From Proteobacteria bacterium bin106 (GTDB lineage Bacteria > Bdellovibrionota_B > Oligoflexia > Oligoflexales > Bin106): a stretch of DNA of 64,000 nt. The position numbers and the translations under genes are program-made. The DNA lies in assembly GCA_002238945.1 (NCBI GenBank), contig MPNI01000010.1, positions 971 to 64,970 on the forward strand, read 5' to 3'. Under the pieces are notes generated by a model. That model saw only the letters and a list, made by a program, of their open reading frames with translations. It was not told the DNA's origin and did no database searches. Shown here in pieces: positions 37,976-48,029 of the stretch; position 1 is the first letter of the stretch, and every line of letters begins with the position of its first letter.

Positions 37976-40744
37976 TCATTTCTTAGTGACAATATTGATC
38001 ATTTTGTTTGGGATGATGATCCATTTGGTGATGGCTTTGCCTTTAAGAATATGGTGAAATTTTTCGTGTTGTTGGATCTGTTTTTGAATGCTTTCTTTGT
38101 TTTCATCCAGCTGAAGCGGTAGAGTGAATTTTACCTTGCCGTTGATAGCAACTGGTGCATTCCAGGTATTGTTTAATAGAAAATCTTCGTTGTAGTCAGG
38201 GAGTTTGCCGTGTTTGAAGAGGGAAGGTACTTTTGTTGATTCTAAACGTGCATAGAGTTCTTCGGCAATATGAGGCGCGTAAGGTGCTAGTAAGATGGTG
38301 AGAGGCTTGAGGATGTGGTATTTTCGTATCTCTTGACGGGTAAGAATGTTGGTTACAGACATCATAGCTGATATAGCTGTGTTGAATTGATAATTCTCAG
38401 TACTACGCCTGACTTCATAAATGGTTTTATGCAGTAAGGTGAGTTCTTTATCTGTGAGTTCTTCATCAGATACGTGCCATTCTCCTTGACGAAAGAAGAG
38501 TCGCCAAAAACGCTTTAAAAATCGATGCACTCCTTCAATCTTAGTCACTGACCAAGGCTTTGTCTGCTCAATGGGACCTAGAAACATTTCATAGAGTCGT
38601 AATGTATCAGCTCCATAGTCATCAATAACCTCATCAGGACTCATGGTATTGAATAGCGATTTGGACATTTTTTCTACTACTTCTTCACACAAAAAGTGTC
38701 CGTTGTTATTGCACTGAAATGTTGCTGTGGCGTATTCACTACGCCACGCTTTGAAAGCTTCAATATCTAAATGCCCTTGGCGAAATAGCCGGATATCCAC
38801 AGGAATTCTTTGGGTATCATGGCTTCTTGTAAGATCGTAAGAAATAAAAGTGTTTGTTCCTTTGCTGCGATGAGCATATTGGGAAGTGCCAAGAATCATG
38901 CCTTGATTGATCATCTTTTGGAAAGGTTCCTGTGTTGGTGCTAGGTCTATGTCGTGAAGGAACATATGCCAAAAACGTGCATAAATAAGGTGTCCAGTGG
39001 CATGTTCAGATCCACCAATGTACAGATCCACGTTTTGCCAATAAGAGAGCGCTTCCTTGCTGGCCAAAGCATGTGTGTTGTGTGGGTCACAGTAGCGGAG
39101 AAAATACGCGGAAGATCCAGCAAAACCAGGCATGGTATTGGTTTCTAAGGGGTGGCCATGTTTGTTTGTCCAATGATCTGCTCGTGCTAAAGGAGGATCT
39201 CCCTGGGGTGTGGGATGGTAGGAATCAATATCAGGTAAAAGCAGAGGTAAATCTTTTAAAGGCAAAGGGTAAGGAATGTGGTTTTTATAGTATATGGGTA
39301 TAGGTTCTCCCCAATAACGCTGTCTAGCAAAGATGGCATCTTTGATCTTGTAGTTGATCCTGCGTTTAGGCTTACTGGTAGTGCTATCTGTGTTAGTTAA
39401 AATGGTGTAGATTTTCTCGATAGCCTCTTGGGTATGAGAACATGATTCTAGAGGAGTACCAACAGTGTGGTTTTCTATGATAGGGAGGTTAAAGCATTGA
39501 GCAAATTTGCGATCTCTTTCATCATCAGCCGGTACGGCCATGATAGCTCCATGGCCGTAATCCATTAAGACATAGTCAGATATCCAAATGGGTATTTTAT
39601 GGCCAGTGAGAGGATGGATAGCAAAAGAACCACTCAAAACACCTGTGGTGTTTTGAGTGCCATGAGGAGCTTCAAGTTTTTGAGCTGTTCTGTTGAGATA
39701 TTTCTCAACAGAAGCTTTTTGCTCGTGAGTTGTGACCACTTTAACGAGAGGGTGTTCAGGGGCAAGAACAAGGAAAGTCACTCCGTAGATAGTGTCTGCA
39801 CGAGTGGTGTAAATTTGGATAGAATGAGAAGACGTTGAAAGAGGGAAATGAATATCCATTCCATGACTTTTACCAATCCAATTTCTTTGGACGGTTTTCA
39901 TGGATTCACTCCAGTCAAGACTATCCAAACCAGAGAGTAGTCTTTCTGCATATGCTGTAATGCGTAATTTCCACTGTTTCATGTTCTTTTGTGTGACAGG
40001 ATGCCCACCTCTTACCGATAGGCCATCTTGAATTTCATCATTGGCTAGCACAGTACCCAATGCTTCACACCAATTCACCGAAGCTTCTTCTTGATAGGCA
40101 AGACGGTAGTTGAGAAGATAACGATCTTGCTCTTCTGAGTTAAGCTTTTGCCACTCATCAGCACTAAGTGAAGGTGTTTTATCATGGCTGTGAGTAGCAG
40201 CATATGATAGGTGAGTGCCATGACGAGCAAAAAGTTCTTTAAGCTCTTCTATGGGACGAGCTTTTTGAAGCTTTTTATCAAACCAGTGTTGAAATAAGCC
40301 AATAAAGGCCCATTGAGTCCAATGATAGTAGGAGGAATCACATGTTCTAATCTCTCGTGACCAGTCATAAGATAGTCCCATTCGTTTGAGCTGTTTTTTA
40401 TAGCGTTCGATATTGTTTTTTGTGGTAATAGCAGGGTGTTGCCCGGTTTCTATGGCGTATTGTTCAGCAGGTAAACCAAAAGCATCAAATCCCATAGGGT
40501 GTAATACATTGTAGCCTTGGAGGGTTTTGTAGCGAGCGATGATATCTGAGGCAATAAAACCTAGTGGATGTCCCACATGCAATCCAGCACCAGAAGGATA
40601 TGGAAACATATCAAGGGTGTAGTATTTCGGTTTATGTGGATCAATATCTACTTTGTAGACTTCATGATCTTGCCACCATTTTTGCCATTTAGACTCTATT
40701 GCTGCAAAATCATAGATATCGTGTCTATCTTTCATGCTCTCCAC
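37976..40744 (-). CDS. leuS: Leucine--tRNA ligase
   Basis: 922 aa. FPYPSGAGLHVGHPLG (HIGH), KMSKSLFN (KMSKS). Confidence 0.97.
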   Translation of the reverse strand: MESMKDRHDIYDFAAIESKWQKWWQDHEVYKVDIDPHKPKYYTLDMFPYPSGAGLHVGHPLGFIASDIIARYKTLQGYNVLHPMGFDAFGLPAEQYAIETGQHPAITTKNNIERYKKQLKRMGLSYDWSREIRTCDSSYYHWTQWAFIGLFQHWFDKKLQKARPIEELKELFARHGTHLSYAATHSHDKTPSLSADEWQKLNSEEQDRYLLNYRLAYQEEASVNWCEALGTVLANDEIQDGLSVRGGHPVTQKNMKQWKLRITAYAERLLSGLDSLDWSESMKTVQRNWIGKSHGMDIHFPLSTSSHSIQIYTTRADTIYGVTFLVLAPEHPLVKVVTTHEQKASVEKYLNRTAQKLEAPHGTQNTTGVLSGSFAIHPLTGHKIPIWISDYVLMDYGHGAIMAVPADDERDRKFAQCFNLPIIENHTVGTPLESCSHTQEAIEKIYTILTNTDSTTSKPKRRINYKIKDAIFARQRYWGEPIPIYYKNHIPYPLPLKDLPLLLPDIDSYHPTPQGDPPLARADHWTNKHGHPLETNTMPGFAGSSAYFLRYCDPHNTHALASKEALSYWQNVDLYIGGSEHATGHLIYARFWHMFLHDIDLAPTQEPFQKMINQGMILGTSQYAHRSKGTNTFISYDLTRSHDTQRIPVDIRLFRQGHLDIEAFKAWRSEYATATFQCNNNGHFLCEEVVEKMSKSLFNTMSPDEVIDDYGADTLRLYEMFLGPIEQTKPWSVTKIEGVHRFLKRFWRLFFRQGEWHVSDEELTDKELTLLHKTIYEVRRSTENYQFNTAISAMMSVTNILTRQEIRKYHILKPLTILLAPYAPHIAEELYARLESTKVPSLFKHGKLPDYNEDFLLNNTWNAPVAINGKVKFTLPLQLDENKESIQKQIQQHEKFHHILKGKAITKWIIIPNKMINIVTKK

Positions 40745-40984
40745 TTCTTTGACTAGAGGTAAGGGTGTGCTGAGTTTATGGAATGCGTATCGCTACTTGA
40801 ATACATTATACAAAAGCTATAAGGTGAAAACATATCAAATGTTGACTGATATCATGTGTTTTTTTCAGATATGCTTGATTGTTTTTAATGTCTATCGAGC
40901 TATAATGCTTTTTGATGTGCTTGACCACGACCAGGTTATGATCAGTTCCTTAAACGAAATCCAAAATGGACTCAAAACTCATAT

Positions 40985-42073
40985 GTGGAAAAAATGAATC
41001 ATCAGAAATTGACATGCACCGATCCTACTTGTAGTGAAGTCAGCTGTAACACAGTGGGTCATCATAAAGATGGCAATAAGGATCGTATGGAAGAAACATT
41101 TGAAAATCCTGGTATGGCTTTTAGTGAAAGCTTTTTATATTCTTGGCTTTTATCGTTAGGTATGAGTGATGAGGATAGCAAAAAGGTTAAGTCAAAGGAT
41201 ATATTATCTTTGTTGGATAAGCACACAATCACAGATAGCAATACATTTATCTCTTTGGCTGTGGAGTTTGTCAATAACAAAACCCCATGGCTAACCCTTG
41301 AGCTAATCGATCGAAATACATCTATCTATAAGACTCTTGATGATATCAATCTTTTTAAGATCTATTTGATAGAAGGTGTGGCTTGCATGGCTATGGATAG
41401 TGATGAATCGCCAGTTGATTACCTCAGAGCTGAAAAGTCTTTTAAGATGGCTCATCAAATTTTTAATGATGAATCAGCGCCTATCGTTAATCTTGTGGAA
41501 CTTTATATTCATCAAAAATCTTTTCAAGAAGCTTTCCTGTGGTTGGATCCAGGACTGAGTGCACATCCTCACAATGTTCGTCTGTGGGGTTTGTATATTG
41601 AATATGTTTTTGGATTAGGTATAAAAGAAAAAAAGGATGTTATGGATATGGCTCATAAGATGTGGCGTAGTAAAAATTCATGGGTAGGTTGTTCTTATGT
41701 TTTTGATGCTGAAATATCTTTTGAGATGGAAAAAGACCCTCCACCAGATAATCAGAAGATTCAAGAGTTGCAACAAGCTAAACTTAAAGAATTTGATTTA
41801 TTTTTTGGCGCAGGTGAGTCAGATCAAGAGTTTTTATTAGAATATACAGGAATTATGGGATCATTAGGTGAGTTTTCTAAGATACCTGCCATTATTTGGC
41901 AAAAGAAATCATCAGGTGAAAAAATATCATGGAGACTCAATACTCATTTATTGCAGTCACATCTAGCACTAAATCAAATAAGCGAAGCTAAAGCTATATA
42001 TCAACATTTGAAGTCTGATCCAGATATTTCAGAGCAAAATCAAAAGTATTTAGCTTTAATTATGAAAGGATAG
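40985..42073 (+). CDS. Hypothetical helical (TPR-like?) protein
   Basis: A 362-aa ORF of ordinary composition. No confident motif. Confidence 0.4.
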   Translation: MEKMNHQKLTCTDPTCSEVSCNTVGHHKDGNKDRMEETFENPGMAFSESFLYSWLLSLGMSDEDSKKVKSKDILSLLDKHTITDSNTFISLAVEFVNNKTPWLTLELIDRNTSIYKTLDDINLFKIYLIEGVACMAMDSDESPVDYLRAEKSFKMAHQIFNDESAPIVNLVELYIHQKSFQEAFLWLDPGLSAHPHNVRLWGLYIEYVFGLGIKEKKDVMDMAHKMWRSKNSWVGCSYVFDAEISFEMEKDPPPDNQKIQELQQAKLKEFDLFFGAGESDQEFLLEYTGIMGSLGEFSKIPAIIWQKKSSGEKISWRLNTHLLQSHLALNQISEAKAIYQHLKSDPDISEQNQKYLALIMKG

Positions 42074-42760
42074 CCTCTATCATATCAATTATGTTTCATT
42101 ACAGGCTGGCTATTCTAGTATGATTCATTTATAATGTCATTTTTTGAAAAAACAAAGTATATTATCAGAATATATCTCACATACTTACTTAATAACTTCT
42201 TATTTTCTCTTATTTTCATTACAGATAACTTAAGTCATGATCTTTTCGCTAGTATGTCACAATAATAGATTATAAACCAAGTTCTTACAATTTTTTACAG
42301 ACTCTATAGAGATCAAAGATCATTCTATGATCACCTCAAGAACAAAGAAGTTATTGCAAAATAATGTTAATGGGCTTTATTATGGGTCTTTTAAAATACG
42401 AAATAAGTTCCAAGGAAGCCAAGTGCTCTTATATGCATCTTAGTCGACTTGAAAAAGCCTTAGGTTTCTTAAGGTGGTAGATATTAAAGTGAGGCTTGAA
42501 GAGAGAGTGAAGGTGCATGTATTTCTTTGTGTATGATCTTACTTATGTAAAATGGTATATGAGACAAGCATTTAAACCGAGATTACTTGTTTCACCACTC
42601 TTTTGCAAGAAGAAGCATTCGAACAACTCATAATGAAACTTAACCAGAAATCCTAGACAGCAAGTTCTTTGCTCTAATTCTTCAAAACCTTTTTATTATC
42701 AATGAGTTACATTTGTTTTTATTATAAACTTTACGAAACTTCTGCAACAACAAAAAGATT

Positions 42761-42789
42761 TTGCATTAAACGACTGACTATGCTATAGT
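42761..42789 (+). promoter_or_regulatory. Candidate sigma70 promoter (TTGCAT-17 nt-TATAGT)
   Basis: ttgcat at 42761-42766, a 17-nt spacer, tatagt at 42784-42789. Confidence 0.4.
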
Positions 42790-42899
42790 CGGCCAGTGGA
42801 TCTTGATGGGGCACTGGATGAAACGATAGTCATCACCCACGCTAAGGTCATATAGCTAAGGCTACATAAGAGACTGGATAAAACTTGTTGATAAAGATT

Positions 42900-42928
42900 C
42901 AAAAGTTAAAATCGACTTTTGGTTTTTG
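42900..42928 (+). terminator. Weak hairpin plus T-run (possible attenuator or sRNA terminator)
   Basis: caaaagt (42900-42906) pairs with acttttg (42915-42921), followed by gtttttg. The 7-bp stem is AT-rich. Confidence 0.25.
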
Positions 42929-42982
42929 TCATTATAACATGATGTTAGCATCGAAATTAATTAACATAAGGAACAATTAGCC

Positions 42983-43888
42983 ATGAGATACGCTATGTAT
43001 AATCGAGCAGCATTTTTTAGTCTTAAAAAAATGTTAGGTATATTATTTGTTTTTGTGATTATATCTACAATATTTGTCAATATTTTATATGCTCAGGAAC
43101 CAACACCAGCTAACTATATTCCACCTCAATGGAGATCTTCTTTTAACTGTGAATATGAAATAAATTCAAAAATTTCAGTTACTGGTATTAAGTTTAAAGC
43201 CGGACCTTATGCAACTACAATATTTGCGAAGCGGTCAAGGAATTTTAATAGTTCTTCATCACAAAAAGAAGAAAAATTAACTAAATTTGACATACTTGGT
43301 GCTAAGTTTAGCTATCGTCACGTTGAGGGTAAAGCAGATAGCTATACGTTTACTAGTAACGATATTGCTCCTTTTATTATAGAAGGCGGACAGGTCTATC
43401 GAGCTAAGAGAGTTCACAACTATTCTGCTGGGGAATCGGTTGTGCGAGATTCTGTCCTTAGAATGAAACGTGGAACGATAGCTAGAAATGCTAGAGATCC
43501 TTACGGTGATTTTGATACAGCAAAAAGTTCATCTTTTGCAGACCGGTTATTGTATGTTTCCGGCTTATCATCAAAGCATAATCGCGTCATAGGACATGGC
43601 TTACCTCTTTCGATAAAAGAGGACAGTGATGATGGTAGATGGCGATTTAGAAGATGGGATGGTTCAAGATTTGTGATGGATTACGCACTTTTTACTCACC
43701 ATAACGAGGCTTGTTTAGTGCATTACTTTCCTGAAAACCCTAGTGATATTCAATGGGATGGTAAAGTAAAAGTTGATAAGGTTTGGATACAAGGATATAG
43801 AGATGCTGATAACAAGTGGCGGTTTATATTCTTAGTGTTAAATCACACAGACAAAGATGTATTTAATTTTTACCAAGAGCCTTGGTAA
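42983..43888 (+). CDS. Hypothetical secreted protein (low-GC island)
   Basis: 301-aa ORF. N-terminal hydrophobic segment ending YAQE. No domain recognised. Confidence 0.45.
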   Translation: MRYAMYNRAAFFSLKKMLGILFVFVIISTIFVNILYAQEPTPANYIPPQWRSSFNCEYEINSKISVTGIKFKAGPYATTIFAKRSRNFNSSSSQKEEKLTKFDILGAKFSYRHVEGKADSYTFTSNDIAPFIIEGGQVYRAKRVHNYSAGESVVRDSVLRMKRGTIARNARDPYGDFDTAKSSSFADRLLYVSGLSSKHNRVIGHGLPLSIKEDSDDGRWRFRRWDGSRFVMDYALFTHHNEACLVHYFPENPSDIQWDGKVKVDKVWIQGYRDADNKWRFIFLVLNHTDKDVFNFYQEPW

Positions 43889-44384
43889 GTAAAAAATGTT
43901 TTATGCTTTAATTCAAAGCATATTGTGGGTCGATCATTATAAGAATGTTTTGTCTTTATTTATTGTCAAAAAAACATCATTTACGATGTCTTGATTACAC
44001 ATAAGATAAATATATTTATTACTGATAAGGTTAACCGTTTTAAAAACTGTTAATCTTATTTGCGTTGATTTTTTTGTGTAACCTCAATTTGAGTGTTTAA
44101 TGCCAAAAGTTTTATAGATATTTTAAAATATGTCTTCGTAAATCCAGCTTTGATGTTGTCGAAGACAGCATAGCGACTAACTTCTTTTAAATTTAAATAA
44201 GCTTAATGCTTTTTTATAGACTTGAATGAAACCAGATTAATTAGATATTTATTGACAGAAGTTTCACAAAATTTGTGGATTGATAATAGATGTTATTAAG
44301 TGTTTTTAGGACATGATAACCTTTAACGGCATGCATTTTTATAAATGATAAAACTTATGGTTATTTAATGTGCATTTTATATTT

Positions 44385-45008
44385 TTAATAAGCATCTTGT
44401 TGTTTAGCTTTTAACGATTTGGGGAAAAGTGAGGAGCAAACTTTTTGCACAGGGTGATCAGTATCATTTAGGTCTTCTGGACTATCGTTTAAGTAAGCCG
44501 TATTTATGTCTTTTTTTGTTTTTATTTGTTCTATGGCATCATTTAGATGATTTTTGCAATGTTCTTGATTCTCTAAGCGCACATTGCAGAGATATTTAAT
44601 ACCACAGTAGCGTTGAGAAAAAATAAGTTCTTCGGGATCGTCGTGAAACCAAAGAATACAGTCTAAGAATTGATAATGTTTACTTAAATTATTTTTTGCA
44701 AAAAGTTCTGATCGAGATATATCCGTAATCTTGTTTTTTGTTACAATTTTTCTGGTAGGTTCTATTTCTTTCGTTTTGTTACATTGAAGATATTGATAAT
44801 AGTAGGCAAAGCCTGGTAAAGTTTCTGCGTTAATATTGCGGTGTTGATCTCCTGATTCACCAGTAACTTCCATGGCCTTAACGCCTGAATGGTTAGTCTT
44901 TGCTTCTTGGCAGGCAATAGTAATGCATAATATGGCTAAGAAGTGTGCTGTATTATTTAAGGAGTAATAACAGCTCTTGGTTGGTATTTTTTTGTATGCA
45001 TGATTCAT
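44385..45008 (-). CDS. Hypothetical Cys-rich lipoprotein (low-GC island)
   Basis: Lipobox ITIACQE; several Cys residues in the mature part. Confidence 0.45.
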   Translation of the reverse strand: MNHAYKKIPTKSCYYSLNNTAHFLAILCITIACQEAKTNHSGVKAMEVTGESGDQHRNINAETLPGFAYYYQYLQCNKTKEIEPTRKIVTKNKITDISRSELFAKNNLSKHYQFLDCILWFHDDPEELIFSQRYCGIKYLCNVRLENQEHCKNHLNDAIEQIKTKKDINTAYLNDSPEDLNDTDHPVQKVCSSLFPKSLKAKQQDAY

Positions 45009-45063
45009 CGTGTTTCTTTTCGTTTAATTGTAAAATAACTGACTACATAAGATGTTCATTTTA

Positions 45064-46890
45064 TTATCGACAATCAAGTTCACTAATTGAATAATCATCA
45101 CTTTGTCTTGTAGTTACTTTGTGATTGCTACCATCTCTTTCATTGCTATCATTTGGTTCGTCATCTTCTTGCTTTTGGTTTTCTGGTTGTTGTGTTTCTT
45201 GAGGTTTGTCTGCTATTTGAATGTCTTCTCCATTATTATCATTTTTTTCTTCTATTGCAGGTGTGTGATCTTGAGGATTATTGTTTGGTTGTTCGATGTC
45301 TCTTGTATCATCACCGGTACGTCTATTGCTACTAGGTGGACTTACAGATGGAATAGTGACCTTAGAGTTTGAGCGTGGTGTTTCATCGTCATCATCACTG
45401 GGTCGGGTTTTATCAGATCTCCGGTTTTTTTTAATTCGGCTATAACTATAAGCTGGGTCAATAGGTCCATGAGATGTGCTGTATTCTTGATTGTTTTTGG
45501 AATACAGGGCTGCTATTATATCATAGCCTTTATTTTCATTTCCAACAATTAATAATGATCCACTAGAACCTTGCTTAATTTCTGTATTTGAAAATACTAG
45601 AGATATTCCCCAATGTCTGATAAAAATAGATGATATTCTACCAAATAGCTCTATAGAGCTATTATTATTGCCTGGTTGATTTTTGTTGTAATTGAGTTGT
45701 AAATTTTTATAACGATAAGCTTTGTCGTTGTTATCTTTATAGAATGTTAATAAGCGAATTTCGTATTTTTCATATCTGCCACCTAGTTCATATACAGTTA
45801 CTTTGAAATCATCCTCTTCATCTGCTGTGCCATGATTAATCTCGGCTTCTACGTCTTTGTAAGTTTGCTGCATAATATCTCTAAATGCCAATTTGTGTTG
45901 CTTTTCAATTTCTGATTCTGACCTCTCATTCTGTTGTTCGTCATAACTATTTGCTAAGAGTGCTTCTTCGTGAAATGATATAACGGATTTATTCCATGTT
46001 GATTGACGTTGAAGATGTTTACCTATATTCAAAGGAAGATATATAATTTCTTTTTTTGAGTTTTGGGTTGTTAAGTGAGATTCTTTCAAGCAGTTATGAG
46101 TCGATTTCGAGTTAAGGTAAAATGTGTCTAAATTGATCTTAAAAAATACAACATCATTTGAAAGAAAACAGGCATTAGCATATGTACTTTGAGTATCTTG
46201 ATGTTCTTGTTTTGATTCATTTATAAAAGCATCAAATCGTTTATAGTTAGAGCTTTCCGCGCTTGTTTGAGAATGCAAAGAAGAGGTGGTACAAGCCTTG
46301 CGATCAAAATCTATGTTGAAACTTTTAATATTTTTGACTATATCATCTGAGATTTTGGTGTTTTTTTGAAGCTCTCTAATCATCGAAGTATCATCAGGGT
46401 TGGCAATGTTTAAGGTTTTTTCTAACCATATTCTGTCGTGATCAGCCATGTTGATGGATGGATCTTGTCTTTTAAGATCTTGGATTTTTTGATGGAGTTT
46501 TATGAGGTAGTCTGAATCCTCAATCTTAAAGGGAACTCTGACGGAATATGCCTTTCTGCCTTCTTGTGTTTGGCATTCTGAGTCAGAGGCAACATTGATG
46601 TAGAGAGCAAGTTTACTCTCTTTTTCAGTGTTGTATTGATCTACCATGTTGCGAACACAGTGATATGCCGTTCCGATATATGCACTGAGTTCTCCGTCCT
46701 CTTCTTCAAGAGAGACAATGGAGCCACAAGAATTGATGCTAGCTGCGTCATCTGTCCAGGTTATATATGCCCCATAGCTGAACTCATTATAAACACTCAG
46801 AGGTACTTCAGCTTCCGCATCGTGATGATCAGTAGCAAGTCTCGTATCACCACAAGGTAATGCTGCGGTGCCTCCTCTCTGAGGACTCAA
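45064..46890 (-). CDS. S1-like serine protease with large insertions and a disordered acidic C-terminus (body of an apparently frameshifted gene)
   Basis: GTAYHCVRN (His), NDVVFFKI (Asp), QGSSGSLLIV (Ser). The only available start is a TTG that overlaps the stop of the upstream 61-aa ORF. Confidence 0.55.
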   Translation of the reverse strand: MSPQRGGTAALPCGDTRLATDHHDAEAEVPLSVYNEFSYGAYITWTDDAASINSCGSIVSLEEEDGELSAYIGTAYHCVRNMVDQYNTEKESKLALYINVASDSECQTQEGRKAYSVRVPFKIEDSDYLIKLHQKIQDLKRQDPSINMADHDRIWLEKTLNIANPDDTSMIRELQKNTKISDDIVKNIKSFNIDFDRKACTTSSLHSQTSAESSNYKRFDAFINESKQEHQDTQSTYANACFLSNDVVFFKINLDTFYLNSKSTHNCLKESHLTTQNSKKEIIYLPLNIGKHLQRQSTWNKSVISFHEEALLANSYDEQQNERSESEIEKQHKLAFRDIMQQTYKDVEAEINHGTADEEDDFKVTVYELGGRYEKYEIRLLTFYKDNNDKAYRYKNLQLNYNKNQPGNNNSSIELFGRISSIFIRHWGISLVFSNTEIKQGSSGSLLIVGNENKGYDIIAALYSKNNQEYSTSHGPIDPAYSYSRIKKNRRSDKTRPSDDDDETPRSNSKVTIPSVSPPSSNRRTGDDTRDIEQPNNNPQDHTPAIEEKNDNNGEDIQIADKPQETQQPENQKQEDDEPNDSNERDGSNHKVTTRQSDDYSISELDCR

Positions 46891-47072
46891 GCCTGATTCA
46901 AGCTGATGCTGATCAAAAGCATCACAAGGCTTATGGGGAGAGAAGGATATTTGTTGTGTTTATTGGAAAGATATGTCCTCAATAGATATGAAATCATGTG
47001 TATACAGTTGATAATATTAACCTTGAGGTTAACTAGAGAAGGTACTGGGAATGGTCTTCTCATAGAAAGCAT
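46887..47072 (-). pseudogene. N-terminal, signal-peptide-bearing fragment belonging to the protease gene 45064..46890, in a different frame
   Basis: A strong SD (GGGAGG, 5-nt spacing) precedes ATG 47072. The product ends in a hydrophobic segment, LPISLVMLLISISLNQA, immediately before the stop. The stop overlaps the TTG of the protease ORF (TTGA). Confidence 0.45.
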
Positions 47073-47191
47073 GAAAACCTCCCAACAACGTCTTTATCGG
47101 ATTTCGCATTGTGAGACTTAATGAGAGACTCAGCTCACATTGTGTTGATGAATGTCTTTTTACAGTGCAGCACAAAAGGTTTTTCAGACTG

Positions 47192-47995
47192 TTAAGATGA
47201 TGATTCTTTTATATCTTGTTGCCAAGAGTAGATGATGTTGGAGGTGTGAGCTTGATGGGTTTGTCCTGAGTGAACACTCGCATAAAGATAACTATCTATC
47301 TTGGGATATTGTTTCACTGCCATATTGACAATGCCGGGTTCATTTTCGATATAGATGCATTTTTGAAAATTGTTTTGGATGTTTTTTAGGTAGGTGCCTT
47401 TATAGGTAATGTCACATGTGTAGGTGGTAGGCTTAAGGTAAAGGCGGACTCTATTGTGTTTATGGGGATGTGGAAGTTGGTGATGATCCAGAGAGGTGAG
47501 TGTTCCTCTGGATAAAGCTTTTTCACAGCGTGCTGTAAGATAAACAACAGCTACATGTTTTTGTTGATATATCTTATTAATAAATGCTTTTGCACCTGCA
47601 TAAAGCTTGTCATGGATAAGCCAATCAGAATGAAAAAATCGCTCTCGCCAGTAATCTCTTAGGATTTTTTCTAAGATAGATGGCGAAGAAATTTTAGGCT
47701 GAATATGGTGGTTGAGGAACTCTATTGGATCATAGATTTCTTTGGTATCGCCTAGTTGCTGCATGCTCTGGCATATGTTGCCAAAACGTTGGATGTGTTC
47801 TAAGTTGCGACTAAAAGATTGAAAAATAGCAGTACTACGATGTTTGGTATTGAAAAGAGTGGAATCTAGATCAAAGATGACAGCAACAGATGGCTGAGTA
47901 TTTTTTGGTCTTGGATTATGAGTTTTGTATTTTTCAATACATAAAAGAATGGCCTGGAGACATGTTTTGCTCTCAGGCCATTTTGGGTGATGCAT
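47192..47995 (-). CDS. HAD-superfamily hydrolase
   Basis: Motif I VIFDLDSTLFNT (DxDxT). Confidence 0.6.
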   Translation of the reverse strand: MHHPKWPESKTCLQAILLCIEKYKTHNPRPKNTQPSVAVIFDLDSTLFNTKHRSTAIFQSFSRNLEHIQRFGNICQSMQQLGDTKEIYDPIEFLNHHIQPKISSPSILEKILRDYWRERFFHSDWLIHDKLYAGAKAFINKIYQQKHVAVVYLTARCEKALSRGTLTSLDHHQLPHPHKHNRVRLYLKPTTYTCDITYKGTYLKNIQNNFQKCIYIENEPGIVNMAVKQYPKIDSYLYASVHSGQTHQAHTSNIIYSWQQDIKESSS

Positions 47996-48029
47996 AATAG
48001 GCAGCGTGATAGGGAGTGTGTGTAATGGA

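Noticed and set aside
42790-42930. Assigning the candidate leader to a known riboswitch class (TPP, c-di-GMP, purine, fluoride, preQ1, guanidine)
   Set aside because: Only a short CUGGAUAA resemblance to the TPP element was seen. The other core motifs, such as CUGAGA, are absent, so there is not enough evidence for a class assignment.
42074-47191. The low-GC island as a recognisable mobile element (prophage, ICE or IS)
   Set aside because: I found no integrase, transposase or recombinase motifs, no tRNA target and no flanking direct or inverted repeats. Only the compositional anomaly and the orphan genes remain.
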